Virus record (IMG/VR): IMGVR_UViG_3300031760_000012
Location: 97,387-117,455 of that record
Source: a virus
Lineage: Duplodnaviria > Heunggongvirae > Uroviricota > Caudoviricetes
Length of the DNA: 20,069 bases
Strand: one strand, 5' to 3'
Part shown: in pieces, positions 15,709-20,069 of the stretch
How the letters are laid out: every line of letters begins with the position of its first letter
How positions within the stretch are numbered: the first letter of the stretch is position 1
Translations under genes and position numbers: made by a program
Notes under the pieces: generated by a model
Database searches by the model: none
What the model saw: only the letters and a program-made list of their open reading frames with translations
What the model was told of the DNA's origin: nothing

Positions 15709-15789
15709 TTACCGCCACTTCAGATGCCGGTACAGCATTCCTGCGAATCCCATACCGGCAATGAAATATGCCCATGGCGACTCAGGCAT
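15709..15789 (-). CDS. Putative 26-aa membrane microprotein
   Basis: MPESPWAYFIAGMGFAGMLYRHLKWR; start uncertain. Confidence 0.35.
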   Translation of the reverse strand: MPESPWAYFIAGMGFAGMLYRHLKWR

Positions 15790-15806
15790 TCCTACATACG
15801 GGTCGA

Positions 15807-15890
15807 TTACAGATCACCTCCCATAAGATCAAGGATCCACCAGAAAATGAATCCGAATACAAAACCTGCGATTAGAGCAACAACCCTCAT
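15807..15890 (-). CDS. Putative 27-aa membrane microprotein
   Basis: GGAGG RBS; MRVVALIAGFVFGFIFWWILDLMGGDL. Confidence 0.55.
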   Translation of the reverse strand: MRVVALIAGFVFGFIFWWILDLMGGDL

Positions 15891-15936
15891 ATCAAAACCT
15901 CCTACTCGAGACCCGGCAGCTTGTGCATACCGACCC

Positions 15937-15993
15937 TCAGTAATTAACGGCGACCAGAACGAGCATCGCCGCCAGAAGGAAAAAGATGTCCAT
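15937..15993 (-). CDS. Putative 18-aa hydrophobic micropeptide
   Basis: GGAGGG RBS; MDIFFLLAAMLVLVAVNY. Confidence 0.45.
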   Translation of the reverse strand: MDIFFLLAAMLVLVAVNY

Positions 15994-16005
15994 TGTGAAA
16001 CCCTC

Positions 16006-16239
16006 CTACGCTCCTTCGATAAACAGCTTCAGAATCGGAACCGGAATCCGGGTCTGGACCGGCTTAATATCGATCCAGACGTCGAAATCTTCCGGACGTC
16101 CGGACTCTGCACGCTTCAGGCGCTTTTCGAGAAGCCTCAGTTCTGCCTTTGTCGGCTGGGACTCAGACCAGAAACCTCTGACGTGCTCAAACTTTTTCTG
16201 CTTGCGACTCGTTACAGTCGCTGTGATTTTGTATGCCAT
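16006..16239 (-). CDS. Hypothetical basic protein
   Basis: Start MAYKIT after GGAGGG. Confidence 0.65.
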   Translation of the reverse strand: MAYKITATVTSRKQKKFEHVRGFWSESQPTKAELRLLEKRLKRAESGRPEDFDVWIDIKPVQTRIPVPILKLFIEGA

Positions 16240-16450
16240 ATAAAAACCCTCCATACAGTGGTAAGGCTCCCACATCAACTAGCGTTACAATTTTCAGGTA
16301 CTGCCAGAACGCAGTCTCTTCCATCAGCTCCAGCTCAGAATAACCTGATGCACCAGCAACAGGAAACCCTAGCGGCTTGCTGTATATAGACAAGAATTTG
16401 TTCATTCGGTCTTCGTACCGAATTTCCTGTCTGTGCCTTTGCTTAATCAC
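16187..16450 (-). CDS. Possible hypothetical protein
   Basis: ATGA coupling to the upstream stop, but overlaps the next gene by 53 nt. Confidence 0.35.
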   Translation of the reverse strand: MIKQRHRQEIRYEDRMNKFLSIYSKPLGFPVAGASGYSELELMEETAFWQYLKIVTLVDVGALPLYGGFLYGIQNHSDCNESQAEKV

Positions 16451-16680
16451 ACCAAAACCTCCTGCTCCTCAATGCGGAAGTAATTCAGAGATGCGAACGT
16501 CTGCACGAATGCGCCGTCATCCATGAATCTCACCTTTACATCTTCATACTCGGCTTCAACGAGCTCGTCTTCGACCTCGGAAACCCAGTCATTCATTCCT
16601 CTGGCGGCATCAGTTCTAGTGCGAAAAACTTTTATGGTCGACTCACCTTCTGCCTCCATTACGACCAAGTAAACCTTCAT
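16447..16680 (-). CDS. Hypothetical protein
   Basis: MKVYLVVME..., GGAGG RBS. Confidence 0.7.
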   Translation of the reverse strand: MKVYLVVMEAEGESTIKVFRTRTDAARGMNDWVSEVEDELVEAEYEDVKVRFMDDGAFVQTFASLNYFRIEEQEVLV

Positions 16681-16703
16681 GTTGAAACCTCCTGCTTGAT
16701 GGC

Positions 16704-16937
16704 TTAGTCTTCACCATCTTTGAATACAAACGATTCTAAAGCAAATACCGCTGAACCAACAGCAAAACCACCCATAAACAAAGCGACAGTTATTCCTGCG
16801 ACAAAACCATAATGAATCATCGTGATATAAGCTAACACGGCAATCAATACAGCAGCTCCGCATATCGCTGTTGCAATTCCAGCACCAGCAACCACGCCAA
16901 AAATGCCGACTGCTACAGTCTTCACATACTCTTTCAT
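16704..16937 (-). CDS. Small protein with two predicted TM helices
   Basis: Start MKEYVK after GGAGG; Gly/Ala/Val-rich hydrophobic sequence. Confidence 0.7.
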   Translation of the reverse strand: MKEYVKTVAVGIFGVVAGAGIATAICGAAVLIAVLAYITMIHYGFVAGITVALFMGGFAVGSAVFALESFVFKDGED

Positions 16938-17294
16938 ATTAAAAACCTCCTCCTCTCGGACGATAACGATTTCAATGTCGGAAACCTCCGGCACTCAAAT
17001 TATTGCCGCCAGAAGAAGGGTTTTGAAGTTTGTTCCTCAAAACCCTTCCGGGGTTCAGCCTGCAACTCTGAACCCTCACAACAAACCAAAGGGGTGACTC
17101 TGGATAGATACCACGAGGACGACAGCGTCGGTAGGTGCGTCCCATACTGTCGTTACGAGGCTCGATCTCGAAACCTCGGCACCTTCTTGAAAGGAGGACT
17201 GTTCAGCCTTCCTCTGAACCGCCTTGCTGTACTTGAGTGGAAATCTAACAGGAGGTACTGCTTAGCGGCTCGGAGCAAGGTTGAAAAACCTCGC

Positions 17295-17459
17295 TCAGAT
17301 AACGATACCTTCATCTGAAATGTCCAGCGGCTTCGGCTCTGGCTCGAAAACCTTGCGGAGCTTCGCCCTGATTTTTTCAACCAGAGTCGGCTCAAGGAAC
17401 CTGTCGCATGGCTCGTTCATCATCTCGACAGAAACCTCAATCGAATAGTTTGTCAGCAT
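17295..17459 (-). CDS. Hypothetical protein (54 aa, absent from the ORF track)
   Basis: GGAGG RBS; MLTNYSIEVSVEMMNEPCDRFLEPTLVEKIRAKLRKVFEPEPKPLDISDEGIVI. Confidence 0.6.
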   Translation of the reverse strand: MLTNYSIEVSVEMMNEPCDRFLEPTLVEKIRAKLRKVFEPEPKPLDISDEGIVI

Positions 17460-17720
17460 TTAAAACCTCCTCTCGTACTGAATGCCGTCATCCCAGTAGA
17501 CGGCGTAAAACCCGTCGTCCTCGACGACACACGGCTCAACCTCGTCCATGTGCCAGAGGATCGACGCCGCTTCCTCGTCGGACTGCGGCTCCTGTGCATC
17601 CAGAGCCATAAACTCAGGGAACGATACCCTACGCTCAAGGATGCCTGTGTTTACTGCGTACAGGCAGAAATAATGCCTGCACTCAGAGCATGATGGAATA
17701 TCTGGGCATAAGTTTTTCAT
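17460..17720 (-). CDS. Hypothetical protein with Cys cluster
   Basis: Start MKNLCPD after GGAGG; CSECRHYFC. Confidence 0.65.
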   Translation of the reverse strand: MKNLCPDIPSCSECRHYFCLYAVNTGILERRVSFPEFMALDAQEPQSDEEAASILWHMDEVEPCVVEDDGFYAVYWDDGIQYERRF

Positions 17721-17829
17721 ACCAAACCTCCTTCGGGCGTTCAGCACCCGTTTCAAGGCAGGACATAAACCCTGCCCTCAAATGCGTGTTGAACACAAGA
17801 GGGGTGACTCTCGCCACCCCTCGGGAAAT

Positions 17830-18867
17830 CTACGCTGTCTTGGCTTCGGCAACTGCGGCTGCGGCTTCTGGCTCAGCATGCTCAGGCTCTTCATCGCACA
17901 TGGTTGCCATGAGTACAGGAACAACCTTTTTCGTGAGAAGCTCCTTATTCGCCTTTTTGCTGTACTTGACGTTATGCTGATCAAGAAGCTCTTTCATCTG
18001 CTTCATCGTCATCTCTTTAGCCGCTTCTTTTGCCTTCTCCTTGAGCTCTTCTTTTTTCTTCTTGTCCATTACCTCTTGAATAGTCGGCTCAGTTGCAACT
18101 CCGTTAGGATTGTTGCCATAAAAAGCCTTTAATGCACGCTCAGCGTTTTTCTGGGCCGCTTTAGCACCCTCGATTTTTGCGGTCAAATTTTTGATGACCT
18201 CATCGAAATACTCAGCTCCGCCAGACGCCTTTTCTTTTGCGTTCTGGATTCCTGTCAGTTCAGAGGAAAGATCATCCACTGTCTTTTTGGCAGATCTGAC
18301 CTTACCGAGAAGATTACGTTCTTCACGCAGGAATGTTGCCCGCTCAGGGGACATCATGCCAGCGTTAAGAATGATCCGCCCCCAATAACCTTCGAGTGCA
18401 TGACGGAACTTTGCACGGGAAGCAAATGTATCCTGACGGGTTGACTCGAAGCCTTTTTTACCCTCGACATTGTTAGCTGTCGCTTCAGTTCCATGTGCCA
18501 TGATCCCGATAACGTCACCGTCATGACTGGAAACGATGTGCTTGCCCTCTGGGTCGATGCGTTTGAGCATTTCCTTTTTGAGTGCAATAAGCTCTTTGCA
18601 GATTGCGTCAAGCTCAGCATCACGTTTCTGCTGAGCTTCCTCAACGGTGATACCGTCAAGCTCAACGACGTCGAAAAGACGGCTTACGTATCTGCGTGCA
18701 GTCTCTTCAAAATCACACATGATCTTATCGTACCAATCCCAAGACGGATCAGAACCGCCATGATCGAGAATATTAGATCTTCTGACATACGACGTGTTTC
18801 CATTCGCCGCTTTTTCGAGAAGTGCCTGTCTGACGGAATTCTGAGTCTGATTCGTGTTAGTTGCCAT
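17830..18867 (-). CDS. Coiled-coil protein with C-terminal HeH/LEM-like motif; probably the first gene of the operon
   Basis: GGAGG RBS; TMKQMKELLDQHNVKYSKKANKELL. Confidence 0.65.
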   Translation of the reverse strand: MATNTNQTQNSVRQALLEKAANGNTSYVRRSNILDHGGSDPSWDWYDKIMCDFEETARRYVSRLFDVVELDGITVEEAQQKRDAELDAICKELIALKKEMLKRIDPEGKHIVSSHDGDVIGIMAHGTEATANNVEGKKGFESTRQDTFASRAKFRHALEGYWGRIILNAGMMSPERATFLREERNLLGKVRSAKKTVDDLSSELTGIQNAKEKASGGAEYFDEVIKNLTAKIEGAKAAQKNAERALKAFYGNNPNGVATEPTIQEVMDKKKKEELKEKAKEAAKEMTMKQMKELLDQHNVKYSKKANKELLTKKVVPVLMATMCDEEPEHAEPEAAAAVAEAKTA

Positions 18868-18921
18868 AATAATCCTCCTTAAAATCCGGATAGTTCCGGT
18901 TTACAAAAATTTAGCCTTGCA

Positions 18922-18950
18922 TTGAACCGCCGTCAGAAAAATGGTATAAT
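18922..18950 (+). promoter_or_regulatory. Sigma70/SigA-type promoter, divergent from the operon
   Basis: TTGAAC-N17-TATAAT with extended TG. Confidence 0.55.
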
Positions 18951-19699
18951 TATCCAAAGGCGACTCAAGGCAAGGTTAAAATCTTGCTCAAGGTAGATTT
19001 TGCAAAATGGGCTTTCAACGCAACAGGTCTAGGTCATAGCTCAACCCCTCACAACCGAGGCAACGAACCGCCGAAACGGACGTTGTTTTGTCCCCTTGTC
19101 TCGCCCTACCCAACCGCAACAGAAGCACGTGGCAAAAGTCGCAGTCCCGAGTTGTGGGCTTGCTCAAGTCAAGCTTTTGACCGCTCAGAGTCGAACCCTT
19201 TCGAGCCGAGGCGGTTGGAATACCGCCCTCGATGTTACAGCCAGCGTAGCTAGCACACGAGTGTTTCGGTTTTTGGGACTCCTTGCGTCCTGAGTTATCC
19301 AGCCCCTCCGGATTACGCACACCATTCGGCTTGCGTCCCATTGGAAACGGGTAACTTATTAAGCATTTCCAACTTATTATTTTATAAGTGAGAAACACTT
19401 TAAAAGGAAAGAAACTTTTAATTTCTTCCACTTATACTGTCGAACTAGAATAGAGAAATGCCAAAATAAATCGAAAAAAAATAAAAAAATTTTTCCATGA
19501 TATTTTGTAATGTTTTCGGTATGTTTTGCCGTTCCAAAAACCGTCGCGAAATAAGGAATACCCGTGAGACGCTGTGAGACGCCGATAGAGAAAAGAATAT
19601 AGTATCATGGTACTTTAATATCTATTTGTTGTAAAAGTCGCTTAAATCGCCGCTGAGAGCTTCCAGAAAATGGTAGTTTGGTTTATAACAGTTGCATAT

Positions 19700-19733
19700 A
19701 AAAAGCCCCTATGTACTGGGAATACATAGGGGC
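19700..19733 (-). terminator. Intrinsic terminator
   Basis: Perfect 11-bp IR GCCCCTATGTA/TACATAGGGGC followed by a U-tract on the minus strand. Confidence 0.75.
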
Positions 19734-19770
19734 GGTAACACTGTTGTGTGCTTTAATTATGCACTGTTGT

Positions 19771-20069
19771 TTATTTTTCATCGTGAGTGGAAACAACTAT
19801 TGCAAGGATGTTTTCACTCACTTTTTTAGATTTAATTTTGCTTATTTCAGCGTTAACCGACTCTTTTGGATAATGTTTGATTAAGTAATCGGCAATATCC
19901 TTTTTGCTTGCTTCAGAAGTCTTTTTAGACTTCAGTGCAGAGACTAATGTTTCAATCGGGATAACTGTATTTGATTTGACATTTTTAGTTGGAGTTGGGC
20001 TCCAACCTTTTACATCTGAAATAGATGTAATCTGTGGAATTTTATAAGCAATAGCAGGTTTAAATTCGT
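19771..20069 (-). CDS. 3' part of an AT-rich hypothetical protein (enters from the window edge)
   Basis: Open frame EFKPAIAYKIPQ...VVSTHDEK-stop, followed by a terminator. Confidence 0.55.
   Translation of the reverse strand, partial: EFKPAIAYKIPQITSISDVKGWSPTPTKNVKSNTVIPIETLVSALKSKKTSEASKKDIADYLIKHYPKESVNAEISKIKSKKVSENILAIVVSTHDEK

Noticed and set aside
15676-16389. 237-aa plus-strand ORF and the other plus-strand track ORFs
   Set aside because: They are antisense shadows of RBS-supported minus-strand genes, or lie over the ncRNA cassettes, and have no recognisable motifs
19015-19431. 138-aa minus-strand ORF
   Set aside because: No RBS, no motif and an unnatural composition; probably non-coding

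Overview
This window looks like an early/accessory region of a large Firmicute (probably clostridial) phage or phage-like element. That is inferred from the almost entirely minus-strand, tightly packed and translationally coupled genes, strong GGAGG ribosome-binding sites, an SLH-domain protein and the absence of housekeeping genes. Recognisable genes include ArdA antirestriction, a RadC/JAB protein, two DUF5688-like proteins, a retron-type reverse transcriptase (RT), a ThiF/E1, a JAB peptidase, a putative E2-like protein, two ubiquitin-like proteins and about eight small SH3/KOW-like paralogs. The main find is an RT with no recognisable retron effector, followed by three dispersed retron-like ncRNA cassettes (2203-2346, 2356-2630, 3543-3813). 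Each cassette has its own terminal inverted repeat, an unpaired G, a conserved two-hairpin core with covariation and a different template region, which suggests one RT acting on several templates. Other signals are a ubiquitin-like conjugation module whose two Ubls share a KxDNA C-terminal motif, a common C-terminal tag on about 12 proteins, a tRNA minihelix-like element and a roughly 30-fold enriched octamer (TCTGGCGG). All product calls come from motif recognition by eye; no database search was run.
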